Program-made: the position numbers and the translations under genes
Assembly (NCBI GenBank): GCA_965218585.1
Contig: CBDCLE010000017.1
Coordinates: 96,001 to 160,000, forward strand
DNA from: Terriglobia bacterium
GTDB taxonomy: Bacteria; Acidobacteriota; Terriglobia; 20CM-2-55-15
DNA: 64,000 nucleotides
Direction: 5' to 3'
The notes under the pieces: generated by a model
Database searches by the model: none
Seen by the model: the letters and a program-made list of their open reading frames with translations, nothing else
Told to the model about the DNA's origin: nothing
Shown: positions 21,100 through 31,949 of the stretch, piece by piece
How the letters are laid out: each line of letters opens with the position of its first letter
How positions within the stretch are numbered: position 1 is the first letter of the stretch

Positions 21100-21549
21100 T
21101 CATTCGCCGATGACCCCGATACATTCAATCTCAACCCGTGCGTTCAAAGCGAGACCGGTCACTCCGACCGCGCTTCTTGCCGGGCGGTCATCGCCGAAGA
21201 AGGTCACATAGACTTCGTTCATCTGCGAAAACTCCGCCATGTCGGCCAGAAAGACCGTACATTTGGCAACGCGCTCCATGGATGAGCCGTAGCGTTCGAG
21301 ACTGGCCTTGATGTTTTCCAGAGCCTGGCCGGTTTCTGCCCCAATACCGCCCGGCGCCAGACCTCCATCTCCCGTGCCCAGCTTGCCGGACACAAAGACA
21401 AGATTCCCGACTCGTACCGCGTCGGAGAACGGTGCACGCCCGCCTGCTGCGGGGAAGAACTCCAGTTCGTTGGACTGTCCTGCTGCGAAAGCGGCAGATA
21501 GCGGAAGTAGCAGCAGTGTGATCATTGTCAGAAGTGCCGTCTTGTACAT
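21100..21549 (-). CDS. RidA/YjgF family protein with signal peptide
   Basis: PFSDAVRVG, VSG, MNEVY, PARS, VEIEC; N-terminal Sec signal ending AFA. Confidence 0.85.
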   Translation of the reverse strand: MYKTALLTMITLLLLPLSAAFAAGQSNELEFFPAAGGRAPFSDAVRVGNLVFVSGKLGTGDGGLAPGGIGAETGQALENIKASLERYGSSMERVAKCTVFLADMAEFSQMNEVYVTFFGDDRPARSAVGVTGLALNARVEIECIGVIGE

Positions 21550-21702
21550 AACTCTCCTCTCGCCTCGTTCTCGAAGGCCTGAACCAATTGCCCGCGTCGG
21601 GTGCCGGGTTGCATCGTTTTAGTGTGTCGCCAAAAGGAGTGGCGAAATCCCGGTAAGTCTATCTAGGTCGGTGGGTTGTTGGCAAGAAAAGGGTCAAGTT
21701 CC

Positions 21703-21814
21703 GATAAACGATGCCGGCTCAAGCGGTCGATGCAACACGAGCGCTAAATCGTTCAGACGGCGTTTGAACCCCGCGTCTGGCGTGGCCGCCGTCAGGTGCA
21801 GCCACTTGTTATGC
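21703..21814 (-). other. Degenerate integron attC-like site
   Basis: Minus strand GCATAAC-AAGTG-GCTGCACCTGAC ... GCTTGAGCCGGCATC-GTTTATC just downstream of a small gene; left half typical, right half imperfect. Confidence 0.45.
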
Positions 21815-21865
21815 GGCGACCCTGTAACCCCGCAAGCACTACGATTTCCCGATAGCTTCCGTGAA

Positions 21866-22267
21866 CTAGCCAACATCAAGGCGCGCCTTGATGTCCGAGT
21901 ATGCCTCATCGATCAGCCTACATAGCCCCGCGGAATCTCTGACGACTCCGGGCTTCAGCTTCACATGGCGCATATATTTGCCACTGCCCTCCAGCAAGCC
22001 TGCCGGATCCGGCAGCGCCGCGCCATGAAAGAACCCGACGTTTACATGAGCTTTGAATGCATTGACGTAACCGAATGGCGCATCTCCTACGCATGCGACC
22101 GGACAGCCGTCGTGCATGAGTTCCCGAACGTCGTCGCCACTCTCTCGTATGACGTGAAACCATTCCTCGGCAATGGATCCCAATTCGCCTGTCCGTTCCC
22201 TCATCCACGCATCGATGGCGGGATCCCGCTTGACCCCACCGGGGAGCCGAAAGTCCATTCGATTCAT
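21866..22267 (-). CDS. DUF1801 family protein
   Basis: HVNVGFFHGAALPDPAGLLEGSGKYMRHVKL signature. Confidence 0.8.
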   Translation of the reverse strand: MNRMDFRLPGGVKRDPAIDAWMRERTGELGSIAEEWFHVIRESGDDVRELMHDGCPVACVGDAPFGYVNAFKAHVNVGFFHGAALPDPAGLLEGSGKYMRHVKLKPGVVRDSAGLCRLIDEAYSDIKARLDVG

Positions 22268-22496
22268 GACGACAACGCCTCGCAGTCGTACCAAGAGCCG
22301 AACTGATGGTTCCTACTCGTCTGACGTGGAGGCTTCGTTCAGAATCTGATCCAACGCTACTCTGGGTCCAGAAACATCCCACCCGAAGGGACCCGGCATG
22401 GTCTTGTACCGCACCGTGCCATCCGCCTCGAGAACGTAAATACGATCCGGGAACGCAGCGTAGGCTATCTCCACCGCATTCCATGATTAAAGTGTT

Positions 22497-22521
22497 GTGC
22501 GGTCATAGACCGCACCTCCAG
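22497..22521 (-). repeat. GTAG-type REP palindrome (variant)
   Basis: Reverse strand CTGGAG-GTGCGGTC-TAT-GACCGCAC. Confidence 0.65.
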
Positions 22522-22845
22522 AAAATCTCGGTAAGAATACTCAGGGAGGGAGTTAGGTGCTATTAAATTCTCAAGTCCTCGCAAACGACATTCTCGGACG
22601 TTGAGAATTACTTCGGTTCGACCACTTTTCAGTCAATGTTTGCTTGCAGTTGGACACCTAGCAGTCACCGTCTCATAAAGTCCACCATGCCACACCTACA
22701 TGCCGGAGCGTGTCAAACACCATTCCCTTCTGACAATCCTTGTGGGACAGTAGCCCTATCGAGTGCGCTGTAATTGTCCCGCGAGATACTAGGCAAGTGA
22801 ATTGAACTGGCCGGAGCGATCTACGGCATGTGAAGGGAGAAAAAG

Positions 22846-23468
22846 ATGAAGAGCCCTACAATCAAATTCAAGAGTACGGTGTTGGATGAATTGTCGGACC
22901 TGAACATCAGCGAGAGGGAAGCCAAACGGTACATCCGGGATGCAATCCGATGTGCGGAAAGGATCGCCAATCTGGGGTTGAGCCGGGTCGATGCGGTGCG
23001 CAATAACAGGCGGCGGGACGAGAAAGACGCGTGGAGAGATGATTCACACCTCGTGACGTACTTCGGTGATGGGTCATTGACGGTCAATCAGATCAAGGAC
23101 GTCCGCCGCCGCCTGAACCGAGCCCACCGCGACTGTCGGACAAGAGCCTGACGGTCCGCGTGTTTCCGCAGACGGCCGCCTCGTCCGACACTACCAACGC
23201 ACAGAACCTGGGTTCGGTTTGGTCCCCAAAAACGTTCAAGCTGTTCACGCGTTGGTTCCGGAATGGAGAACTCCAGAGAGGGGGGATCATCCTGCACGAA
23301 CTCAACCATGACCTCTTCGGGGATCAGAAGCTGGACGGCGAGACTGTTTACGGCGAGAGACTGGCCAAGGATTTGGCCGCGCAGAAACCCAAGAACGCGC
23401 GTAAAAGCGCGGAGAACTACGAGTGGTGCTGCATGCGGCTACTCCAGTCGACGGGGCGAATAACCTGA
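22846..23468 (+). CDS. M35/aspzincin-like zinc metallopeptidase, frameshifted near 23130
   Basis: HELNH, downstream D...YG and SAENYE resemble HExxH+DxxYG+NADNY; one missing base joins ORFs 22846-23151 and 23160-23468. Confidence 0.6.
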
Positions 23469-23699
23469 AGGCCGAACCTCAACCGCGGTCAGGAAGTCCT
23501 GCCAATACACGGCTCGAGGGCTACCGTAATTGTTCGAGGTCCGTCGAGAGTTTCAGGCTAGCAGAGGGTGAGCCAAACTCCCCGCACATCGATATCTGTG
23601 CGTTCACGTCACACGAATTCTCTCGATGCCAGGTGAGGCGAAGGTTAGAATCTGCCAATGCTCGGGCCGTCCCGGTCCAGGCGCAAACGAGGTGATGCC

Positions 23700-25151
23700 A
23701 TGGTCAGAACGAAGTCCCTTACGATAATCGCTCTCGTCGGAGCACTCGCGTTGTCTTTCGCCCCGGCTCCGCTTGAGGCGCAGCTACAGAGCCCGAGCCA
23801 GGATCCTGATGTCCAGGGGGCCATCAGGCTCTTCTCCGCTTGGCTCGAGGGTCAGATCGCCTATCGCGGGCTTCCTGGCGTGGTGGTGGGCGTGGTGTCG
23901 GACCAGGAGCTCGTGTGGGCCCAGGGGTTCGGCTTCGCGAACGTTGATGCGAAGCGACCCATGGCGCCGGATACCCGGTTTCGCATGGCGTCGCACAGCA
24001 AGCTGTTCACTGCGACCTCGATCATGCAGTTGCGCGAGCAGGGCCGGCTCAGGCTTGACGACCCGGTGTCGGAGTATCTGCCCTGGTTCCGGGTGCAGTC
24101 GGCCGAACCCGACGATCCGCCGATCACCATCGAGCATCTGCTCACCCACAGCTCGGGCCTTCCGCGCGAGGCAGGATCGCATTGGAGCGACTGGGAGTTT
24201 CCCACCCAAGAGGAGCTGCTAGAGCTCATCCCGAAGCGGGAGGCGCCATTTTCACCCGAGACCCGCTGGAAGTACTCGAACCTGGCGTACACCATCGCCG
24301 GGATGATCATCGAAGAGGTGAGCGGCGACACCTGGGCGGGGTATCTCCAGAACAACATCTTCAATCCGCTCGAGATGTCGGCATCGAGCGTGGACCGCGA
24401 CGTTGCGGGCTTGACCACGGGATACAGCCGTCGCATGCCGGACGGGTCGAGGGAAGTCATTCCTTTCGTCGACGCGCGCGGGATGGCCGCAGCCACCGGC
24501 CTCACGTCCACGGTCGAAGACATGGCGAAGTTCGTCTCGGCCCAGTTCCGGAAGGGGCCAAGGGGTAGCGACCAGATTCTCAGTACCGCTTCTCTGCGGG
24601 AGATGCATCGCGTACGGATGCTCGAGAACACGTGGACCCGGGGGCAGGGGATCGGTTTCGGGGTCAGCCGCGTCGAGGACAAGCTCTACGTGGGGCACGG
24701 GGGCGGCTATCCGGGCCATACGACGAACACCCTGATCCAGCTCGACTCGAAGGTGGGCGTGATCGTCCTGACGAACACGAACGACTCGAATCCGGGGGAC
24801 ATGGCGCGACAGCTCATGGACACGGTGGGCGAAGCCGTTGCCGAAGCGACTGCGACTGAGCCTGCCGAGGTCACGTGGGATCCGGCATGGGAGCGGTTCG
24901 CAGGGCTCTACCGGAGCATCGGCGGGGACACTCAGGTCGTTCTCCTGAACGAGCGCCTGGTGGTGATGACCCCAAACGCGCCCAGCATAAACGATTCGGT
25001 CGGGCTCGAGCCGATAGGCGACGGTCGGTTCCGTTTGACTGCCCCGACCGGAGGTGGGGCGGTCGGCGAAGTGGTCCGGTTCGTCGAGGAGAACGGACAG
25101 GTGGTCCGGATGATCACAGGAGATTCTTACACGGACCGGGTTATGAACTGA
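23700..25151 (+). CDS. Exported serine hydrolase (beta-lactamase/AmpC-like family)
   Basis: SHSK (SxxK), YSN, HGG motifs, LLTHSSGL; signal peptide. Confidence 0.88.
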   Translation: MVRTKSLTIIALVGALALSFAPAPLEAQLQSPSQDPDVQGAIRLFSAWLEGQIAYRGLPGVVVGVVSDQELVWAQGFGFANVDAKRPMAPDTRFRMASHSKLFTATSIMQLREQGRLRLDDPVSEYLPWFRVQSAEPDDPPITIEHLLTHSSGLPREAGSHWSDWEFPTQEELLELIPKREAPFSPETRWKYSNLAYTIAGMIIEEVSGDTWAGYLQNNIFNPLEMSASSVDRDVAGLTTGYSRRMPDGSREVIPFVDARGMAAATGLTSTVEDMAKFVSAQFRKGPRGSDQILSTASLREMHRVRMLENTWTRGQGIGFGVSRVEDKLYVGHGGGYPGHTTNTLIQLDSKVGVIVLTNTNDSNPGDMARQLMDTVGEAVAEATATEPAEVTWDPAWERFAGLYRSIGGDTQVVLLNERLVVMTPNAPSINDSVGLEPIGDGRFRLTAPTGGGAVGEVVRFVEENGQVVRMITGDSYTDRVMN

Positions 25152-25289
25152 TCGGTCCGCTAAGGGAATTGAGAAATAGCGGTCGCTGCCTGGCTATCGG
25201 GAATTGAACTCGCATCAGGGCACCGGCACGACGCGTTCGAGTCCGGTGAACCAGTGCCCCACAGTGACGAAGACTACGGTAAGGCGCGC

Positions 25290-27710
25290 CTATCGCAAGC
25301 GATCGGCAATCCCCTCCACGGTTGTGACCAGTTCTCGAAATCTGGTCTGTGTGGCGCCACTTCGACCGTCGCCCTCCTGGGCAAGCGCCCCAGCCACTGT
25401 TTCGAGTTGGTCCGCCACCGCGCGGTCGTTCCCCCCACTCGCCAGCGCATTTTCGGCGCCGTCGAGCGCGGCGGTCAGCGCTCCTGCCTGCGCCGCTGAA
25501 ACGACGTTACTTCGGAGGAGCTGGTCCAGATACGCCCGTGCGACCACTGGCTCGGCCGGCCAGGTGTTCCGCCGTTGTGTCTGTGCGTTGACCACAGCAT
25601 CCGGGTCCCTGAGCGATGCCGCTGCTATTTCGTTTTCGGTCAGATAATCGCTGGGGACCAGGGCCAACACATCGAGACCGCGTGCGATTTCGGTGCCATA
25701 GATGAATCCACCGAACCAGTAGGCTGACCAATACCCACCCATGACAAGGTCATCGCCATTGATCGGACCACGGTCAAAAAAGGCGATTTCGACCGGGTTC
25801 GCGGAGTCGGTAAAATCGATGACCGATATGCCTCCCTGGTACCAGGCCTGAACGAAAATGTCCCGACCGGGGACGGGTATGAGCGAGCCATTGTGAGCCA
25901 CACAGTTTTCCTGGTCGCTCTGTGGCGCCGCCATCTTGTAGTGGCTCCGAAACTGCAACCGTCCATTGACGATGTCGTAGATTGCATCCGCACCCCAATC
26001 CAACGGATCGGACGCGCGGCAACGCGGGCGGCCCCCGCCTCCCCATTCATCGGTAAAAAGCACTTTGGTTCCATCGTTGTTGAAAGTCGCGGAGTGCCAG
26101 TAGGCAAAGCCGGGATCGACCACCTGATCCAAACGGACCGGATTCACCGGATCGCTGATATCAAGAAGGATTCCGTTGCCAGAGCAGGCACCGGCGGCCA
26201 GGCCAATCTCGGGGAAAGTCGTGATGTCGTGGCACTGATTGGTCAACCGTGTGGTCTGTGTGCCCTCCCCGTGATCGCCGCCTTCCCACAAACCTGCGAT
26301 AACCCCCGAATTCGGGTCCGAGAATATGCGGGGGCGATTGATGATGCGGGCCTCCGCGGGTCGCGCCACAGGAATCTCGATCACGTCGATACTGAACAGT
26401 GCGGTCTCGGCATCTTCAAAGGGTGATTCGTCTGAACAACCGTCGAGCTCCTCACTGGAACGGACCGAGCCGGTTCCTGACCCATAGACGTAGATGATTC
26501 CTTCATCGTCAGGGTCAGTCACGATGGTATGGGTATGGGAACCCCGGCAGGTCTGAACCGCCCCAACCTGACGAGGCGCTCGCAAGTCGCTGATGTCGAA
26601 GATTCGGATACCCCGGAAGCGATCTTCGCTTTCCGGTTCGGCGACTCCCTCGAGGCCACAGTCGAGCCGCCCCCTGGTTTGCTCGGCCGAATATATCAGG
26701 AGATTTCCGACTACCGACACATCGCCCTGTCCGCCCGGGCATACGACCGAACCAAGCAGCTCGGGTGAACTTGGATTCACGATGTCGTAGGCATTGAATC
26801 CGTGATAATTCCCTGCAATGACGACATCACCTGCAAAGGCCAGGTCACTGTTGGCAAAGTTAAGGAGGCTGGGCCGTACCTGATCCTCTTCTTCGCCGTC
26901 CTCGGCCTCCGCACCCGGCGGTCTACGGGGTACACCCTCGGGGTTTTCCGGATCGAAGAACCCATTCGGCTTGGGAAGGGCGATGACCAGTTCCATGTTC
27001 AGAGAAGCCTGACCCGCATCGTCGAATCCAGCCGCCAGATTGACTCTCGGGTCGGGAGAGAAGCCTGCCAGCATGGCGTTCATGCGGTCGATTTCACTCG
27101 TCTGGTCCGAGGTGATGTCCGATGTAAATGCGAACAGCACCGAGTCCTGTGCCGAGCCTTGTTGATCAAGGAGATTCTCGACCATCGTCAGGGCGCCTGC
27201 GTGATGCTTGATCATGAGTTCAAGAAACAACGAGTCAAACTCAAATCCGTCGGCTTGCTCCAGCTGTTCTAACTCCTCGTTGGTCAGCATTCCCGGCATC
27301 AATCGAAATCCTGGAGCCTGATGAGCATCCTCGGCAGTCACGACGAGGCCCCGGTCACGCAACCAGCCCTGCATCATGTCGATTTCATCCTCCTGCGAGA
27401 GTTCTATGCGCTCGGACAGAAGTTGCATGACTTCGCGGTTACTCCGCTCCTCAACCAGGACAGTCATCTCCAAAGCCTGGGCATGATGGGAGATCATCCC
27501 TTGCATGAACCTCGCGTCGGCCTCGGTAAACTGGATGCTCGCCAGGTCTCCGGCCTCTTCGGCCGAAATCTTCCGGCTCGCTTCCCCGGGTGCACCAGGC
27601 TGAATGATCGGTGCCTGGGCGGAGCTTTCCGTGACGGCGAACAGACCCAGGGCGGTGATGACTGCTATGTGAGCAGCCAGACGAAATACGAAGGACGGCA
27701 GGCAAGTCAT
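25290..27710 (-). CDS. Exported DUF305 + LVIVD-repeat fusion protein
   Basis: FMQGMISHHAQA and LMIKHHAGA (DUF305 HH pairs), then NSDLAF, CPGGQGDVSV, CRGSHTHT, CHDIT, WHSATF, CVAHN. Confidence 0.8.
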   Translation of the reverse strand: MTCLPSFVFRLAAHIAVITALGLFAVTESSAQAPIIQPGAPGEASRKISAEEAGDLASIQFTEADARFMQGMISHHAQALEMTVLVEERSNREVMQLLSERIELSQEDEIDMMQGWLRDRGLVVTAEDAHQAPGFRLMPGMLTNEELEQLEQADGFEFDSLFLELMIKHHAGALTMVENLLDQQGSAQDSVLFAFTSDITSDQTSEIDRMNAMLAGFSPDPRVNLAAGFDDAGQASLNMELVIALPKPNGFFDPENPEGVPRRPPGAEAEDGEEEDQVRPSLLNFANSDLAFAGDVVIAGNYHGFNAYDIVNPSSPELLGSVVCPGGQGDVSVVGNLLIYSAEQTRGRLDCGLEGVAEPESEDRFRGIRIFDISDLRAPRQVGAVQTCRGSHTHTIVTDPDDEGIIYVYGSGTGSVRSSEELDGCSDESPFEDAETALFSIDVIEIPVARPAEARIINRPRIFSDPNSGVIAGLWEGGDHGEGTQTTRLTNQCHDITTFPEIGLAAGACSGNGILLDISDPVNPVRLDQVVDPGFAYWHSATFNNDGTKVLFTDEWGGGGRPRCRASDPLDWGADAIYDIVNGRLQFRSHYKMAAPQSDQENCVAHNGSLIPVPGRDIFVQAWYQGGISVIDFTDSANPVEIAFFDRGPINGDDLVMGGYWSAYWFGGFIYGTEIARGLDVLALVPSDYLTENEIAAASLRDPDAVVNAQTQRRNTWPAEPVVARAYLDQLLRSNVVSAAQAGALTAALDGAENALASGGNDRAVADQLETVAGALAQEGDGRSGATQTRFRELVTTVEGIADRLR

Positions 27711-27864
27711 AAGGTTCTCTCCAACAGGGTTTTTCATCATGGAATTCTTCGAAAGACGCATTTGCACCGGGGCACCGCGATGTATTGCGATAAATTGCAT
27801 CCCAGTCAAAGATTGAGACAAAGCGTCGGGATCCGGTTCATGTAATCACGAGCCGCCTGGGCTT

Positions 27865-29016
27865 TTAATCGGCCGGTTCCAGGCGAACCACAGACGTCGT
27901 CTCGCCACCGCGATCGTCGATGGCCACGTAGATGTAACCGTCGGGTCCCTGGTGGAGGTCCCGGATACGGCCGTTTCCGTGAAAGAGCGTCTCCTCATGA
28001 ACGACACTCGTGTCTTCGGTGACAAGGCGCGCGATCTGTTCGCCTGCCATACCGCCTGCGAACATGTTCCCTTTCCACTCAGGAAAGCGGTCGCCGGTAT
28101 AAACCATCAGGCCAGAAGTGGCGATTGACGGAACCCAGACATGTACGGGTGACTCCATGCCCTCGCGCCGCGTACCCTCGTGAATCGCCAGGCCGCTCCC
28201 ATAGTTGACGCCGTAACCGATGACCGGCCAACCGTAGTTCAAGCCCCTCTGCACCAGATTGAGTTCGTCGCCACCCTGCGGTCCGTGCTCGGTAATCCAG
28301 ACGTCGCCGGTCTCGGGGTGGACGACCAGCCCCTGAGGATTGCGGTGCCCGTAGCTCCAGATCTCGGGACGTGCGCCGGGGGTATCGACAAAGGGATTGT
28401 CCGACGGAACACGCCCGTCGTCATGCAACCTGACGACCACCCCGTGATGGTTCGAAATGTCCTGGGCGGGATGCGCCATAAGGTCGCCCGTTGCCGGGGC
28501 CTGACGCTCACCAACGGTGATGAAAAGGTAGCCGTCACCGTCGAAAGCAAGCCGCGAACCGTAATGCCCGCGTCCGCGCGATGCGGCCTCGAAAATCTCC
28601 TCGACGTTTGTCAGGCGATCATCTTCGAGGCGGCCGCGCACGACAGCCGTGGTCGACTCACCCTCGGGCAGTGGCTTTGAGAAGCTCAGGTAGAGCATCT
28701 GGTTCGATGCAAAGTCGGGATGGAGCGCTATGTCGAGCAGCCCGCCCTGTCCCTGGGCGAAGACTTCCGGAACACCGGCCACGGGATCGGCAAGGAGTTG
28801 CCCGTACCGGACGATTCGCAGCCGGCCGGGACGTTCGGAGATCAGGATGTCTCCGTCAGCAAGCGCCGCGACCGACCACGGGTTCAAGAGACCCTCCGCC
28901 ACGGTGACGACGCGATAATCGTGGTCGGTTGACCGCATGAGGGGTGATTGGGCAAACGCCTGTGTCACGGCGACGAACACGAAAAGCGTCGCCAGTGCCC
29001 AGAATGTACGACTCAT
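27865..29016 (-). CDS. PQQ-dependent aldose sugar dehydrogenase (GSDH/YliI-like)
   Basis: GQGGLLDIALHPDF, HYGSRL, GHRNPQG, EHGPQGGDELN, NYGWP; signal peptide. Confidence 0.9.
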   Translation of the reverse strand: MSRTFWALATLFVFVAVTQAFAQSPLMRSTDHDYRVVTVAEGLLNPWSVAALADGDILISERPGRLRIVRYGQLLADPVAGVPEVFAQGQGGLLDIALHPDFASNQMLYLSFSKPLPEGESTTAVVRGRLEDDRLTNVEEIFEAASRGRGHYGSRLAFDGDGYLFITVGERQAPATGDLMAHPAQDISNHHGVVVRLHDDGRVPSDNPFVDTPGARPEIWSYGHRNPQGLVVHPETGDVWITEHGPQGGDELNLVQRGLNYGWPVIGYGVNYGSGLAIHEGTRREGMESPVHVWVPSIATSGLMVYTGDRFPEWKGNMFAGGMAGEQIARLVTEDTSVVHEETLFHGNGRIRDLHQGPDGYIYVAIDDRGGETTSVVRLEPAD

Positions 29017-29242
29017 GAAGATCTCCTTTTGGCCGTTGGGCCTCGTGACTCGGATGGAAGGGACCAAACCTATCCCCTCCAGGGGACTCGCCTACCTTGA
29101 ACTACGCCGGGAGCAAAGCCCCAATAGCTTATATCACCACGAATCTGTTGCAAATCAGGAATCGACCCGGGCCCTCAGATCGTTCTTCGCTTCTCCAGCG
29201 CTGTGTGCGGATGGGAGACACGATGTCGTGGTTCCACAGACT

Positions 29243-29614
29243 TCATACGTGCTGATCAACCAGGATCGGATTTCCGTCCGGGTCCAGGGCGATGAAACTT
29301 GCCGGCCCGGTGGTGGTCTCGTCCGCCTCGGCAAGTAATGGTACGCCTTGCGCCTTCAACTGGCGCTGAAGGTCGCGCACGTCGGTAAACGTAGCGAGTT
29401 CGCCGGCGTTGCTGTCCCAGCCCGGATTAAAGGTCAGCGTATTCTTTTCGAACATGCCCTCGAAGAGACCTATGGCGTGATCACCGTTCTTCAGGATCAG
29501 CCAGTTCTCGGAGGCCTCTCCGGCAAAAACCTTGAAGCCGAATTTTTCGTAGAAAACCTTCGAAGCCTGGAGATCGGTGACGGCCAGGCTGATCGAAAAT
29601 GTGCCGAGTTCCAT
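29243..29614 (-). CDS. VOC/glyoxalase family protein
   Basis: FSISLAVTDL, FYEKFGF, DPDGNPILVDQH. Confidence 0.85.
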   Translation of the reverse strand: MELGTFSISLAVTDLQASKVFYEKFGFKVFAGEASENWLILKNGDHAIGLFEGMFEKNTLTFNPGWDSNAGELATFTDVRDLQRQLKAQGVPLLAEADETTTGPASFIALDPDGNPILVDQHV

Positions 29615-29684
29615 ATGTGCTCCTTAGTTGCGGCCGGCTTGCCGGCCGACACAAGAATCGGTTTGTAGCTATGACAATAGCGAA

Positions 29685-31536
29685 TCAATGCGAAGGCGCA
29701 GTTTCGATTTTTACGGCCGGTCCGACATGTTCGGGCTCCCGGATCTGATCGACCAGGTCGCGTGTAGCGGAACTCGGAGGCGGGAAAAACCCTGTAAGCC
29801 CAAGGGTGACGGCAAAGTTCAGCATCATGCCGACCGACCCGATCCCCTGCGGGTCGATCCCGTTCGTGAACAATCCGAAGGTCCAGCGGTCCATTCCAAA
29901 GAAGACAGTCGCGATGATGTAAAACGCGGTGAAGGAAATCCCTGCGATCATGCCCGCAACTGCCGGAACGGTTCCAACCCGTTTGCTGAAGATACCCAGA
30001 ACGATCGCCGGGAAAAAAACTGGCTGCCGCCAGACCAAAGGCAAAAGCGACGACCTGGCTGACAAACCCGGGTGGATAGATGCCGAAGATTCCCGCGATA
30101 ACGACGGCAACACCGATGACTCCACGTCCAACCCTCAGGCGTTGGGCTTCGCTGGCTTCGGGCCGCAGGATCCGAAAATAGAGGTCGTGAGCGACACTGG
30201 AGGAGATCACCAGCAGAAGACCGCTCGCCGTCGAAAGTGCAGCCGCGAGACCTCCAGCCGCAACAAGCGCAATGATCCAGTTCGCCAGCTCGGCCATTTC
30301 AGGCGTTGCAAGAACGATGATATCCCTGTCGGGCCCGGAGAGTCCGGCGTCCCTCAAAGCGATTCTTGCATCCAGACCGGCCGTGCCTCCGGTGTCGAGC
30401 CACTGTTGATGCGAAGCTCTGAGCGAAGCCAGTTCCGCTGTGGCCAACGTTCCGTTACGGAAGACCTCGTTATCCTCGCCCGCAGCATAGAGAACCTGCC
30501 CGTCGCCGTTATCGAGCCATAGAATCAGACCGGTCCGTTCCCAGTTCTCGAACCACTCGGGTAGCTCTTCAGCCCTCTGCCCATTCAGGCTGTCGATCAT
30601 GAAGTAACGCGCAAATGCGGCGGTTGCCGGGGCCGTCAGGTACAGCATCGAAATAAAGAAAAGCGCCCAAAACGCACTCCACCGCGCAGCCTTGACCGAC
30701 TTGACCGTGTAAAAACGGACGATCACATGAGGCAGGCCTGCGGTGCCCACCATCAGGGCCAGAGCAACCAGAAAGACGTTGACCTTGTCCCAACCTCCGA
30801 CGAACGTATCCGTGTAGGCTGCAAAACCCAGATCCGTATGTATCTGATTCAGTCGTTCCAACAGGTAGACGCTGGTTCCATCATCCGCGCCGATCAGTTC
30901 GCCTCCAAGGCCAACCTGGGGCAGCAGATCTCCGGTCAGTCGGATACTAATTGCGATTGCGGGTATGAGAAAGGCCGTGATCAGGACCCAGTATTGGGCC
31001 ACCTGCGTCCAGGTTATTCCCTTCATGCCGCCGAGCGTCGCGTAGACAAAAACGATCGCCATGCCGATGACGACACCCACGTTGATATCCACTTCCAGAA
31101 AACGGCTGAAGACCACGCCCACGCCGCGCATCTGTCCGGCGACATAGGTGAACGAGATAAAGATGGCACAGACCACTGCGGTCATTCGTGCCACGTTCGA
31201 TTCGTAGCGATCACCGATGAAATCCGGAACCGTGTAGTGTCCGAACTTTCTCAGGTATGGGGCGAGCAGGAGGGCCAACAGGACAAACCCTCCGGTCCAG
31301 CCCATGAGATAGATCCCTCCCGCATATCCCATGGTCGAGATCAGGCCCGCCATCGAAATGTACGACGCGGCGCTCATCCAGTCCGCTGCGGTGGCCATTC
31401 CGTTCGCACCGGCAGGCACTCCCTGTCCGGCGACGTAAAAACCCCTGGTGTCGGTGACACAGCTCAACCAGGCGATCGTCAGATAGAGACCAAAGGTGAG
31501 GCCGACGAAGAGGTAGGTCCAGCCCTGTACGCTCAT
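29685..31536 (-). CDS. Sodium:solute symporter (ActP-like, VC_2705 type), frameshifted in an A7 run at 30013-30019
   Basis: ATAADWMSAAS, GGMKGITWTQ, GTAGLPH, AAALSTASGLL; removing one base joins the C-terminal ORF. Confidence 0.9.
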
Positions 31537-31850
31537 CGGGCATCTCCACGGCGGCTCTCGTCGATCTCCCGGTGGTGTGCAGCATCCAGCCGATTCATCA
31601 AGAGGCAGTAAACGAGGATGAGGAGAACAAAGGCGATAATGCTGCCCTGTTGCGCAAACCAGAATCCGAGTGGATATCCGGTTCCGGGAAGCCTGTAGGT
31701 GTTCAGCACGTCGGCGAAAAGGACGCCGGCCCCCAGTCCCGCCAACGCCCAACCGAAGAGAAGAGTGACCATGATGCGCACGTTGCGCCGCCAATACGAC
31801 TGGAGCAGTGTTCTGGTGTCGGGTTTCGCCTGTGGGGATTCAGCGTTCAT
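31533..31850 (-). CDS. DUF4212 small membrane subunit of the symporter
   Basis: YWRRN, GYPLGFWFAQQGS; ATGA overlap with the symporter. Confidence 0.88.
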   Translation of the reverse strand: MNAESPQAKPDTRTLLQSYWRRNVRIMVTLLFGWALAGLGAGVLFADVLNTYRLPGTGYPLGFWFAQQGSIIAFVLLILVYCLLMNRLDAAHHREIDESRRGDAR

Positions 31851-31949
31851 GGGGATCAGAAAAGCGCTGCGATTCTATCGGAGGGGATTAGCAAGGTCAA
31901 CGGACACGTGAGACTCCGATTGCTTCCAACTTCTTAGTTCTACTATCAT

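Noticed and set aside
23700-25151. Antibiotic-resistance beta-lactamase
   Set aside because: Motifs fit the broad serine hydrolase family (HGG rather than KTG); no evidence of resistance function
25215-25262. tRNA-like GTTCGAGTCC within a hairpin
   Set aside because: No cloverleaf; more likely a terminator-type hairpin between convergent genes
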